Below, piece after piece: positions 37,707 through 47,413 of a DNA stretch of 55,700 nucleotides. The position numbers and the translations under genes are program-made. The notes beneath the pieces were generated by a model, which had not been told where the DNA came from, searched no databases, and was given only the letters and a program-made list of their open reading frames with translations. The stretch comes from Minisyncoccota bacterium (GTDB lineage: Bacteria; Patescibacteriota; Minisyncoccia; Phycocordibacterales; UBA9973). The first letter of the stretch is position 1. Each line of letters begins with the position of its first letter. The stretch covers positions 1 to 55,700 of the forward strand of contig JANOFO010000004.1 in the NCBI GenBank assembly GCA_031413715.1, given 5' to 3'.

Positions 37707-38525
37707 CTATTTTACAATAATTGGAATAAACACCTGTTTTATTTTATCATCACCTCTTTCAAATGCATCACGAGGGTCATCTTCCGTTATAGCTATATAC
37801 GCTTTGCCTTTAGGTAGATTTGTAAAATCAATTGTTCCTGTGAAAGAAACTGGGCTAGCAGTCATCCAATCGCTAGTTGCTTGTTTTGTCACATCATACT
37901 GCACTTTCATATCTTTTTTATTTGCATCAAGGACTCCAAGACCGAAATTACCTTCAAAAAAGTACCCACCCTTTATAGATCCTGTAAATGATACTTTTCC
38001 TGAAACTTCCTGCCCGGGTTTTATAGAGAATGATACAAGGTCTTCTTTATTCCCTTCTACTTGTGGCCAGCCGATAAATTTAAAGGTTTCTAATTGTTTT
38101 CTGGTTACATCCGCTGAAAATTCATAGCCAACATTACCTTGTTTAAACCAATAGAAAACATCCCCTGCGTAACTATACATCTTAAAAGTTGTACTTCCAA
38201 TTTTCTCATCTTTTTCATAGTTGGCATTTTTAAATATATTTTTTTCCCACCACGTGGCATTGGTAACATATTGCACAACTCCTTGGGATAAACTGATGTC
38301 TGTAGATATATTATTCTCCGACTTTATTTCGGCTGGAACAAATCCTTTCGGTAATTCAATACTGAATCCATGATTTGTATAGGTATAAATATCTTTTACT
38401 TCACTCACAGGTGTATTTGTTCCCTCCTCAATTGGCGCAACAACAGCTTTCGGCTTAAACGCAATATATGCGAGCAAGAGAATCGCGATGAGAAGAAGAA
38501 AAATAATTGGTTTATTACTTTTCAT
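37707..38525 (-). CDS. Membrane-anchored secreted hypothetical protein (272 aa)
   Basis: N-terminal TM/signal anchor followed by beta-rich sequence. Immediately downstream of lemA. Confidence 0.6.
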   Translation of the reverse strand: MKSNKPIIFLLLIAILLLAYIAFKPKAVVAPIEEGTNTPVSEVKDIYTYTNHGFSIELPKGFVPAEIKSENNISTDISLSQGVVQYVTNATWWEKNIFKNANYEKDEKIGSTTFKMYSYAGDVFYWFKQGNVGYEFSADVTRKQLETFKFIGWPQVEGNKEDLVSFSIKPGQEVSGKVSFTGSIKGGYFFEGNFGLGVLDANKKDMKVQYDVTKQATSDWMTASPVSFTGTIDFTNLPKGKAYIAITEDDPRDAFERGDDKIKQVFIPIIVK

Positions 38526-38531
38526 ATACGT

Positions 38532-39080
38532 TTAGAATTTTACTTCTACTGGATTCTGAGCAGCATCGTTGTCTGGAAGATCAAAGAATTCCATTGATTT
38601 GAATGAGAACACACTAGAAATGATATTGCCAGGGAATTGCTGTATACCTGTGTTGAGATCGCGAACATTCGTGTTGTAGAATCTACGAGCAGCTTGAATT
38701 TTATTTTCAGTATCAGAAAGCTCGCGTTGAAGTTCCAAGAAATTTACATTGGCTTTCAAATCCGGATATGCCTCAGCTATACCAAAGAGTCCTGTGATAG
38801 CACTTCCGAGTATGGCTTCAGATTTGGCATGGTCGCCCATAGTCTTTGCACCCATTGCAGCACTTCGTGCAGCTGTAACTTTTTCAAATGCAGTTGATTC
38901 GTGCGTCGCATAGCCTTTCACTGTATTTATAAGGTTCGGAATGAGGTCATATCGGCGCTTCATTTGCACTTCAATATCCGCCCAAGCTTCTTTGGCACGA
39001 TTTATAAGCCGTACGAAACCGTTGTATGACGCAATAACCCAAATGACTAAAACAGCTAAAATTCCAAGTATTATATACAT
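38532..39080 (-). CDS. lemA: LemA family protein
   Basis: An N-terminal TM helix, then SYNGFVRL...AWADIEVQMKRRYDLIPNL...ARRFYN, typical of LemA. Confidence 0.85.
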   Translation of the reverse strand: MYIILGILAVLVIWVIASYNGFVRLINRAKEAWADIEVQMKRRYDLIPNLINTVKGYATHESTAFEKVTAARSAAMGAKTMGDHAKSEAILGSAITGLFGIAEAYPDLKANVNFLELQRELSDTENKIQAARRFYNTNVRDLNTGIQQFPGNIISSVFSFKSMEFFDLPDNDAAQNPVEVKF

Positions 39081-39161
39081 ATAATTTAAAAGGTTAATTA
39101 ATAGATAGGGATATTATAGCATAGGAAAAGCAAATAAACTTTATTGTGTTGTATCATCTAC

Positions 39162-40922
39162 TCAAATCGTTTCATTTAGCAACTTAAACAAAATGTCGAA
39201 GTTGAATGTTCTAAAAGATTGAAGAGCCTGATCTACTGTTCCCCAACTAAGGAAAGTATCAGACTCCCCTGATTGCCTATGGATACATGTTACTGGATCT
39301 TCTCGGGGTTTAGGATTTTCATTTAATTTACAATTATAATCAGTTCTAGGAGTATAATAAAAATTAATCAGTGTCATTATATGATTTAGAGTATTGTTAG
39401 TAGTGAAAGATTGAGTCACTGGCATATTTTCTGGTATATTCCATTTAATATCTTTACATTGTTTAAAATAAATACACCATTCATCTTCGTTGATATGTGG
39501 ATGATTGGTTATCATAAATAATGGACGAGGTTCTAACATACCCATATATGGATCATAGATAATATCCTGTTCAGGCTTAAGACCCAAATCATATCTTATT
39601 TGCATTAGTCGTGCAGTCAATTCTGTGTAAGTTGTAGTATATTGTGGGTTTTTAACAAACTTATATTTTCCATCTTTAGTTTCATTGTAATAACACCGAT
39701 TATTAAGGCCTTGAGATAGAGTCATGTAACAATAGAAAAACTCAAAGTTTTTTAACGCACTTGCATTAATTTTAGAAGGATAGATAGTAAGAAATCTTTC
39801 CATATAATTAAACAACTTAGCGTCCGGAAGTATTTTCTGGATTATTGATACTTCGCTTTTTGGTATTAACAGGCCATTATGATTAATAGAGTGTTCTAAC
39901 TCGTGAATCAATAAAGATACATCATATGCACCATTATCATACCAGTCTTTCTTGTATCGTATAATAATTTCTGGATCACCACGATTACTGAACAATCTAT
40001 CGAAGTAATCTCTTTGAAAATTAGAATAAGCTACAGCTCCAACAATGGGATCAGTTTTCTCATCAACTATTTTAAAAGTTACTTCGTTAAAAATTGAAAT
40101 CATTTTAGATGCATTTGCAAGAAGTTCATCTTTAATTTTTGGATTAGAAATTTTTCTATGTAAATACCAATTTGCAATCCAACAACGTGCTACTCGGAAA
40201 TCGGCAGCAATTTTTTTAACAACTTCTGGATCTATCTCTTCCGCATAAACCCTCTTCACCCCTAAATAAGAAAACGGATCGTATGTCGCTCCCAGCGGTT
40301 TTGACGGTGGGTTAGCACAGGTGTCTTCTGTCGGATTCTCTTCATCATAACTTCCGCCGATAAACAGAACACCGTTATCAGCAACTGGCTTAGGTGCGGG
40401 GGCAGGAAGTGGTATTGGAATCTGTGGCGTGGTGACAGGCAGAGAGCTAGAGTTACTTTGATCTTTCAAAAAAGCTTTCTCTGGATCAAACCCTAATGTT
40501 TTAAGTATTGTATGAACTACCAACCATGCAGTCAGTGCTATGATGTAACCAATAATTACATTCTTAATTATTTTCTTGGCTTTGCTGCGACTCTCTGAGT
40601 TTCCACCGGAAGTAATGAGAAGAAACCCCGCATAACAAAGTATGAGTGCTATGAGAGGAGTTGCGATAGTAAAGAGAAGGAAGTCTATGGTGTTATTGAT
40701 CATATCCAATAAACCATTAAAATCACAAGGATTCTGATATACTTTTTCTCCCGTCAGCTTGCCACTTGTATCGGTTGCAGGTTTACCATTCACATCAAGC
40801 TTCAGGACAAGCTCACCTGTATTACACTTTGGAACAAGATCAGCATAAGCCACCCTAATAGGCAAAGCTAGATTATAGAGAAGTATGAAACTTATTATAA
40901 ATATAGCGGGAATTTTAAACAA
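39162..40922 (-). CDS. Fusion of a T4SS-pilin-like (TrbC/VirB2-like) N-terminal domain and a ~400-aa extracellular domain with an HExxH motif
   Basis: Signal peptide, a Cys pair (KCNTGE...NPCDF) and two TM helices (LLFTIATPLIALILCYAGFLLI, VIIGYIIALTAWLVVHTIL), as in CPR/Gram-positive pilin-like proteins. These are followed by a PIPLPAPAPKP linker and LLIHELEHSINH. Confidence 0.55.
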   Translation of the reverse strand: MFKIPAIFIISFILLYNLALPIRVAYADLVPKCNTGELVLKLDVNGKPATDTSGKLTGEKVYQNPCDFNGLLDMINNTIDFLLFTIATPLIALILCYAGFLLITSGGNSESRSKAKKIIKNVIIGYIIALTAWLVVHTILKTLGFDPEKAFLKDQSNSSSLPVTTPQIPIPLPAPAPKPVADNGVLFIGGSYDEENPTEDTCANPPSKPLGATYDPFSYLGVKRVYAEEIDPEVVKKIAADFRVARCWIANWYLHRKISNPKIKDELLANASKMISIFNEVTFKIVDEKTDPIVGAVAYSNFQRDYFDRLFSNRGDPEIIIRYKKDWYDNGAYDVSLLIHELEHSINHNGLLIPKSEVSIIQKILPDAKLFNYMERFLTIYPSKINASALKNFEFFYCYMTLSQGLNNRCYYNETKDGKYKFVKNPQYTTTYTELTARLMQIRYDLGLKPEQDIIYDPYMGMLEPRPLFMITNHPHINEDEWCIYFKQCKDIKWNIPENMPVTQSFTTNNTLNHIMTLINFYYTPRTDYNCKLNENPKPREDPVTCIHRQSGESDTFLSWGTVDQALQSFRTFNFDILFKLLNETI

Positions 40923-40937
40923 GGTAATTTTATATTC

Positions 40938-41819
40938 TTACTTATTCTTCCTTGAGTCATTGAGCATCACAAGGAGTGGAGAAGCCAGGAATATAGATGA
41001 GTATGTTCCAAAGAACATACCGGCAGTGAGCATTATAGCGAATACTTTTGTACTATCAGGACCAAAGAACACAAGAGAAAGGAGTACGATAATAACAGTA
41101 GATGAAGTCGTGATAGAGCGAGTATATACCTGCTCGAGACTTCGTCCGACAGTATCTTCGAAAGTCTTAAAGATATTTGAGCGAATATTCTCGCGCACGC
41201 GATCAAAGACAACGATCGTATCAGAAACAGAAAGGCCTAATATAGTGAGGATGGCGACGACAAAGAGCGTGTCAACTTCAGTACCATAAAAGTGAGAGAG
41301 CACTGAAAATGCACCGACGGGTATCAAGATATCATGGATAAGTGTGACAATAGCGATAAAACCATACTTCCAGGAAGAAATTGGCTTTGATACCTTGCGA
41401 AAAGAGTACGCAATAAAGAAAATGATACCGAGAGACACGAGAATGAATGAAAGGATAGATTTACGAACAAGTTCAGCTCCGACAGATGGACCAATAGATG
41501 TAAAGCTTTTCTCTGTCGCATCAGGTCCGAGCGCACTAATGATGGCAGCACGTTCTGTCTCGGTAACAGCACGAGTCTTGATACTGTAGCCCATTGTTCC
41601 TGTCGGTTGAGTAAGTATTTCTCCAAGTAGAAGTGGTGCTAGATTAGCTTCGATAACACTTTGTTCTGGTCGTACGGTCTTGTATTCAACTTCAGCAAGA
41701 GAACCACCTTTAAAATCTATACCGAGGTTGAGCCCAAAGTAACTAATTGATCCAATGGAAAGGATGACGAGGATGATGGAGATGAGGACGAATATTTTTT
41801 TGTGTTTGATTATGAACAT
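40938..41819 (-). CDS. secF: Protein translocase subunit SecF
   Basis: GIDFKGGS start, six TM helices, downstream of secD. Confidence 0.9.
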   Translation of the reverse strand: MFIIKHKKIFVLISIILVILSIGSISYFGLNLGIDFKGGSLAEVEYKTVRPEQSVIEANLAPLLLGEILTQPTGTMGYSIKTRAVTETERAAIISALGPDATEKSFTSIGPSVGAELVRKSILSFILVSLGIIFFIAYSFRKVSKPISSWKYGFIAIVTLIHDILIPVGAFSVLSHFYGTEVDTLFVVAILTILGLSVSDTIVVFDRVRENIRSNIFKTFEDTVGRSLEQVYTRSITTSSTVIIVLLSLVFFGPDSTKVFAIMLTAGMFFGTYSSIFLASPLLVMLNDSRKNK

Positions 41820-41864
41820 AATGTTAGTGATTAGCGAATAGAGTAAAGCGTATAGTGGATAATA

Positions 41865-43259
41865 TTAAGACTGTGTAGGCGTAGCTTTTGCTGAGCTAAA
41901 TCCCGACCCGAATAGGAAGTTCGTAAGCTTACTCGTTTTTTGAATATTAAGCGTAGAGAGGAATAGCCGAGTAATAAAAATAGCGGATATCATGGATACG
42001 ATGACACCGATCAAGAATGTCAGCGCGAAACCTTTGATAAGCGTCGTGCCGAACCAAAAGAGAATAATAGCAGTAATGATACTGGAACTATTCGAATCAC
42101 GGATTGATAACCAAGCACGAGAGAATCCATTTTTTATAGCTTCAGTAATAGTTCTACCTGAGCGAAGCTCTTCTTTGATACGCTCAAATATGAGTACATT
42201 TGCATCAACAGCAATACCGATCGAAATTATAAACCCAGCAATACCTGCAGCTGTAAGCGTGACAGGGATGACCTTGAAGAGTGTGAGCATGAGGGCTACA
42301 TAGATGGAAAGCGCGAGGACTGCAATCAAGCCAGGGAGTCTATACCAGATAATAAGGAAGAGTGCGATAGCAAGGAAGCCGATGATAGCCGCTTTGACAC
42401 CTGCCGCTGTCGCCTGAGTGCCGAGTGACGGACCAATAGTCTCTGTAGAAATAAGTTCAATAGGAACAGGGAGCGCGCCAGAATTCAATCGGCCAACTAA
42501 TGTCTTGGCCTCCACAGGTGTGAAATTGCCTGATATCTGAGCTTGACCGCCGGTGATGGCTTCGTTGACAAGTGGGATTGATATCGGTTCCCCATCGAGG
42601 AATATTGCAACAGGCTTGCCAATATTTTCACGGGTAATCTTTTCAAACAATGCTGAACCTTCAGCATCAAACTGAAGCGCAACAATTGGCTCGCCAGTTG
42701 TTTGATTGAATTGTAAAGTTGCCTTATCGAGATAGCGACCCGTAAGCTCTGTCGAAATATAAGGATCAAGACTAGTAGAAAGATCTATAGTGCCATCGGG
42801 GCCTACTGTTACTTCTTTTGGTGCTTTTGGATCTGGATTTTCGATTTTAAATTCAAGGAGCGGAGTCTGTCCGATCATAGCTACAGCCTTTGCAACATCT
42901 GTCACTCCTGGCAGATCCACGATCAATCGCTCTTCTCCGGCATTGGAGAAACCGCCATCTTGGACTGCGACGACTGGTTCTGATACACCGAATGTATTTA
43001 CCCGACGCTCTATAACATCGCGAAGCGCATTCATAGAGTCTTTAACTTCTCCAGAAGCGACTTTTGAAATATCAGCACGATAGACCAAGTGTGTCCCGCC
43101 CGAGAGATCAAGACCGAGCTTGAAGGGAAATTTGGCAACGCCATGGGCTTCTGTACCTGCCGGAAGCGCGCGATGAGCTAATTCTGATTTATAAACAAAA
43201 AATCCGATTCCTGCCCCGAGTAATAGAATAAGTAATGCTGTAATTCTGGTTTTCCACAT
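41865..43259 (-). CDS. secD: Protein translocase subunit SecD
   Basis: LGLDLSGGTHLVY with a periplasmic domain and a C-terminal six-TM bundle. Confidence 0.9.
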   Translation of the reverse strand: MWKTRITALLILLLGAGIGFFVYKSELAHRALPAGTEAHGVAKFPFKLGLDLSGGTHLVYRADISKVASGEVKDSMNALRDVIERRVNTFGVSEPVVAVQDGGFSNAGEERLIVDLPGVTDVAKAVAMIGQTPLLEFKIENPDPKAPKEVTVGPDGTIDLSTSLDPYISTELTGRYLDKATLQFNQTTGEPIVALQFDAEGSALFEKITRENIGKPVAIFLDGEPISIPLVNEAITGGQAQISGNFTPVEAKTLVGRLNSGALPVPIELISTETIGPSLGTQATAAGVKAAIIGFLAIALFLIIWYRLPGLIAVLALSIYVALMLTLFKVIPVTLTAAGIAGFIISIGIAVDANVLIFERIKEELRSGRTITEAIKNGFSRAWLSIRDSNSSSIITAIILFWFGTTLIKGFALTFLIGVIVSMISAIFITRLFLSTLNIQKTSKLTNFLFGSGFSSAKATPTQS

Positions 43260-43303
43260 AATAGGGTTATTTTATAGGGTTTTAGCTTAAAAAGCAAGTC
43301 AAT

Positions 43304-44083
43304 CTACCAGAGAAAAAATATAAGAAGAATGATCCCGAGGATGATACGATACCAACCGAATATTGCGAAGGAATGCGTCTTTATGTATCTAAGGAGCCAT
43401 TTAACTACAAGAAGTGCGGTGATAAAAGATACGATAAACCCGAGCGTAATTGTCCCCCACTCCCCTTCTGAAAAGTAAAATCCTGACTTAAGTAGATCAT
43501 ACGCTGCAGCCAAAAGCATAGTTGGAATAGCGAGAAGAAAAGAAAATTCAGTTATAACTATTCTGGGAAGTCCGAGCATCCGACCTCCGATAATCACAGC
43601 TCCTGAACGAGAGATTCCGGGAATAACAGCTAATACTTGTATAGTACCGAGTATGAGTAATTCTCTGACTGAGAGTGACTCAATAGTTTTTATCGATGCA
43701 ATATTATAATCTCTCCTATGTTTGTATTCATATATCACAATTATGATACCCCCCAAGACAAGCATACTGGCAGCCAAGATGATATTGCCAAGTAAAAATG
43801 ATTTTATAACTTTGTAAAGCAGAAACCCTATGATACCAGTAGGTATGAAAGCTATGCAGATATTTAAGAAGTATTTTGAAGAAGACAATATCTTACGGGC
43901 ATATAGAATTATAACTGCAAGTATGGCTCCTAGTTGAATGACAATATCGAAACTCTTTATAAAATCAGTTGTTGAAATATTTAGTAAATGCTGTGCTATT
44001 TCTAAATGCGCAGTAGAAGAAATGGGTAGAAATTCCGTTATGCCCTCTACAATTCCGAGTATCAGAATGTGGAGTGTGCTCAT
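43304..44083 (-). CDS. uppP: Undecaprenyl-diphosphatase
   Basis: GITEFLPISSTAHL and PGISRSG motifs. Confidence 0.9.
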   Translation of the reverse strand: MSTLHILILGIVEGITEFLPISSTAHLEIAQHLLNISTTDFIKSFDIVIQLGAILAVIILYARKILSSSKYFLNICIAFIPTGIIGFLLYKVIKSFLLGNIILAASMLVLGGIIIVIYEYKHRRDYNIASIKTIESLSVRELLILGTIQVLAVIPGISRSGAVIIGGRMLGLPRIVITEFSFLLAIPTMLLAAAYDLLKSGFYFSEGEWGTITLGFIVSFITALLVVKWLLRYIKTHSFAIFGWYRIILGIILLIFFLW

Positions 44084-44571
44084 ACTTTTTTATAAAAATA
44101 CGTAATAACAAAACTAGAAATGACACCTGCACATAAACCACCTACAATATCGATTGGATAATGAACCCCTAAAACAATCCTTGATATACCGACAACAATT
44201 GCAAGAAGCAATAATATAAGTGCCATTTTTTTGTTTACTAGAAACATGCTAATAGCTAGCGCTGAAAACACAGCTGTATGTTGTGATGGAAAAGCAAAAC
44301 CTCCTTGATATATGAGGGGAGAAATTCCAAGTTCAATAAATGGACGAGATGTGTGGAATAAAAATTTTAAAGCCTCTGCCAAAAGCCAAGCTAGTATTCC
44401 GCTTAAGAATAATAAAGATAAGGCAAAAAATTTACGCTTCACAATAATGATAGAAAGAATTAGGATTACTGCTAGGACCGGATATGTAAATTTATCAAGG
44501 TAAACCGCAAAACTTCCCAAAAAAGAATTCGTCGAGAGATCAAAAATAGCATTAAATAAAGTTATATTCAT
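44080..44571 (-). CDS. PAP2-family phosphatase
   Basis: FPSQHT and SRIVLGVHYPIDIVGG motifs. It overlaps both neighbours by 4 nt (operon). Confidence 0.75.
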   Translation of the reverse strand: MNITLFNAIFDLSTNSFLGSFAVYLDKFTYPVLAVILILSIIIVKRKFFALSLLFLSGILAWLLAEALKFLFHTSRPFIELGISPLIYQGGFAFPSQHTAVFSALAISMFLVNKKMALILLLLAIVVGISRIVLGVHYPIDIVGGLCAGVISSFVITYFYKKV

Positions 44572-45437
44572 TTCAATCTTTTAGCAACTATTAATACATT
44601 CCTAAGTAGCATTGCGACAGTTACCGGTCCGACGCCGCCCGGTGTCGGTGAGACATATGACGCGACACTCTCGACAGACTCGACATCGACATCCCCTACT
44701 ACCCCCCCATTATCTTCTGATGTACCAGCATCGATAATTATAGTGCCTTTCTTTATCTTGTCACCTGTGATGAATTTCCCTTTACCAATTCCGGAAATAA
44801 TGACATCGGCATTTTTCATTATTTCATCTGTATTCTCCGTTTTGCTATGCACTACAGTAACGCTAAGTCCACGACTTTCTAACAAATGAGTAACCGGTTT
44901 TCCTACAAGCACTCCACGCCCAAGAACAACTATACTTTTATCACCAAGACCGATTCCTATCGAATCCAAGATTTTCATGCACGCAAGTGCAGTCGGGAAT
45001 CCTATGGGATTCTTGTTTTCATAAAAGAGTGTGGACGCAGAAGTACCCAAACAATCAACATCAATGGAGGTATCAATCGTATCGAGGATGGTTTGTCTAT
45101 CTATATGAGATGGCAAGGGAAGCTGAACGATGATCCCGCACATATTTGGTATGTGATTTAGTTTATTTATTTCAAATATAAGTTCTTCCGTGCTAATCGA
45201 TACGAGGAAGTTAGCCGGATGAAACTGTATGCCGACAGATTCAGCATTTTTTGCTTTCATGCGAACATACTGCGCTGAAACTGGATCATTCCCTACCAAG
45301 ACATCGCAAAAAATAGGCACGAATGAGAGCGATGAAACTTCCTGCTTTATAACATCCAACATTTCTTCTTTTATTTTTCTTCCATCGATAATTTTTGTTT
45401 GCATTTTGTATTTCACTATTCCCTTTACTCTATACAC
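44568..45437 (-). CDS. folD: Bifunctional methylenetetrahydrofolate dehydrogenase/cyclohydrolase
   Basis: VLGRGVLVGKP and PTPGGVGPVTVAML. The likely start is MQTKIIDGRKI at about 45404. Confidence 0.9.
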   Translation of the reverse strand: MYRVKGIVKYKMQTKIIDGRKIKEEMLDVIKQEVSSLSFVPIFCDVLVGNDPVSAQYVRMKAKNAESVGIQFHPANFLVSISTEELIFEINKLNHIPNMCGIIVQLPLPSHIDRQTILDTIDTSIDVDCLGTSASTLFYENKNPIGFPTALACMKILDSIGIGLGDKSIVVLGRGVLVGKPVTHLLESRGLSVTVVHSKTENTDEIMKNADVIISGIGKGKFITGDKIKKGTIIIDAGTSEDNGGVVGDVDVESVESVASYVSPTPGGVGPVTVAMLLRNVLIVAKRLK

Positions 45438-45450
45438 TATCCCCTATAAT

Positions 45451-46590
45451 TTAAATTCCCAGGAATTCATTTCGCATATCGTCCCGATGTGCCACTCGGC
45501 GGTATTTATTCATCCCCATCAGTATCCCGAGTCCTGCAAACTCGGCTAGTAAATGTGATCCACCATAACTCATAAATGGAAGCGTGATTCCTGTAACAGG
45601 CATAATGCCTAAATTCATACCAATATTAATAATAAAATGGGTCATGAAGTAGATTGCCAGTCCGATACCAAAAAGTATTTCAAAATTTGTGGCGCCAAGA
45701 AGCGCGATATGGAGTATCCGCCAGATAATAAGACCGAGCAAAATGAACAATATGATAACTCCGACGAACCCCCATTCCTCGCTGAATGCCGCAAAAATAA
45801 AATCAGTCTGATATTCGGGTAAGAATTTCAAGCGTGACTGGGTGCCAAAGCCGACACCTTTACCAAATATTTGCCCCGAACCAACTGCGATCGTAGACTG
45901 ATAGACATTATAGCCTGAACCTTGGATATTTGAGAGTGGTTGAACGAAGTTCACAATACGCGCTTTCTGATATGGCGCGAGAACAGAGCTCCACAGTACT
46001 ACGAATACAAGCGCGGCTACTCCGATGATAATAAGGAAATTCTTGCGCGAGATACCCGAGACAAGCGCCATGCCAAGCCAGATAAAGAATATAATCATCG
46101 CTCCACCAAAGTCCGGCTGGAGAAAGACTAAGAGTAATGGAATCAATGCATATAATCCGGAAATAAAAATGTGTTTGAAATTATCTATTTCTACATGCCG
46201 ACGGGAAAAATATTTTGCAAGCATCAGTATTACAATAAGCTTCATCATGTCCGATGGTTGAAACGAGAATCCGCCAAAATCAAACCAGCTCTGCGCCCCC
46301 TTAGAAGTATGACCTACGATGAATAAAAGCAGCAGTAAGCCTGAGAAGATCGCAAATATAGTCACCAATATTTCAGTGCGTTTAAGAAAACGAAAATCAA
46401 TATAAGAAAATACAAAGAAAACAATAAAAGAAAGAGAGATCCATACGAGCTGATGTGAAAAGAAAGGAGTCTCCTCAGTGAAGGACTTCATAGTCACAAG
46501 CCCTGCAGAAAGTACCGGTAAAATAAAAAGAAATAGGAGCCAGTCTATCTTTGGAAATGCAAACTTCATACGCTTAGAATGGAGTCGCAA
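45451..46590 (-). CDS. FtsW/RodA/SpoVE-family glycosyltransferase
   Basis: Ten TM helices; FIFAAFSEEWGFVG and LPFMSYGGS motifs. Confidence 0.9.
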   Translation of the reverse strand: MRLHSKRMKFAFPKIDWLLFLFILPVLSAGLVTMKSFTEETPFFSHQLVWISLSFIVFFVFSYIDFRFLKRTEILVTIFAIFSGLLLLLFIVGHTSKGAQSWFDFGGFSFQPSDMMKLIVILMLAKYFSRRHVEIDNFKHIFISGLYALIPLLLVFLQPDFGGAMIIFFIWLGMALVSGISRKNFLIIIGVAALVFVVLWSSVLAPYQKARIVNFVQPLSNIQGSGYNVYQSTIAVGSGQIFGKGVGFGTQSRLKFLPEYQTDFIFAAFSEEWGFVGVIILFILLGLIIWRILHIALLGATNFEILFGIGLAIYFMTHFIINIGMNLGIMPVTGITLPFMSYGGSHLLAEFAGLGILMGMNKYRRVAHRDDMRNEFLGI

Positions 46591-47350
46591 ATGGATTAAT
46601 TGATATAAGAACGTCTTCTGTCAGAGGAGTATTTGTAAACGCCTGTGGCCAAGTAAATAAGAGCAGAGAATTCCCATTACTTGAAAGTGAGTCCTTGTGA
46701 GTCTTTGATGCATTGATTGCAATGTGGTCCTTATCATAAAGAATCGCGATAACATCAAACGCCGGCAAGTCATAAATAGAATCATTGTTAACTCGAGCAG
46801 TGAGCGTTGGACTTTGGATATCACTACCCAAGATGATATTGTCTATGCGGATTGGCATAGTCTGTATCGTTGGCGCTTTTTTAACCCAGATAAATGGAGA
46901 AGTGAATTCAAATCGTACGCTCCGAATTTGACTTGCTCCAGAATCAAAACGCGACTCAAAAATAGCAAACTGTTGATTTGGAGGTATGAATGTTGTGCCT
47001 GATCTGCGGCCAATTAAAAGATTGTTCGTATCGTAAATTCGAAATTCATACGAGACCATCGCGACTGCTGCCGCTTTATTGCTATTCTCTATAAATGCAA
47101 CAAGATTATATGTACTCCCAGTAACTGGAAACGCTCTGCTCCAAAGCACCACAGGCTCAGCTGCATCCACATTACAAATCCTCTGACATGAACCTCCGCA
47201 GTCTACGCCTGTCTCCGTGCCATTTTGTTTTAGATCAGCGCAAGTCGGTTTCCGTGTAATAGTCGGCCATAGAATTATAAGGGCAATTAATCCCAAAAAA
47301 AGTAGGAGCCCGAAAAGATATTGAGATTGTCTACGCGATGCCCATGACAT
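46574..47350 (-). CDS. Membrane-anchored hypothetical protein with a Cys-rich module
   Basis: An N-terminal TM helix, then CADLKQNGTETGVDCGGSCQRIC, then a beta-rich domain. Confidence 0.55.
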   Translation of the reverse strand: MSWASRRQSQYLFGLLLFLGLIALIILWPTITRKPTCADLKQNGTETGVDCGGSCQRICNVDAAEPVVLWSRAFPVTGSTYNLVAFIENSNKAAAVAMVSYEFRIYDTNNLLIGRRSGTTFIPPNQQFAIFESRFDSGASQIRSVRFEFTSPFIWVKKAPTIQTMPIRIDNIILGSDIQSPTLTARVNNDSIYDLPAFDVIAILYDKDHIAINASKTHKDSLSSNGNSLLLFTWPQAFTNTPLTEDVLISINPFATPF

Positions 47351-47413
47351 ATATTGCTATCATAACAAAAAAAGCCACGCGTTACCACGTGGCCGTTTAT
47401 TAATTTTGTAAAA

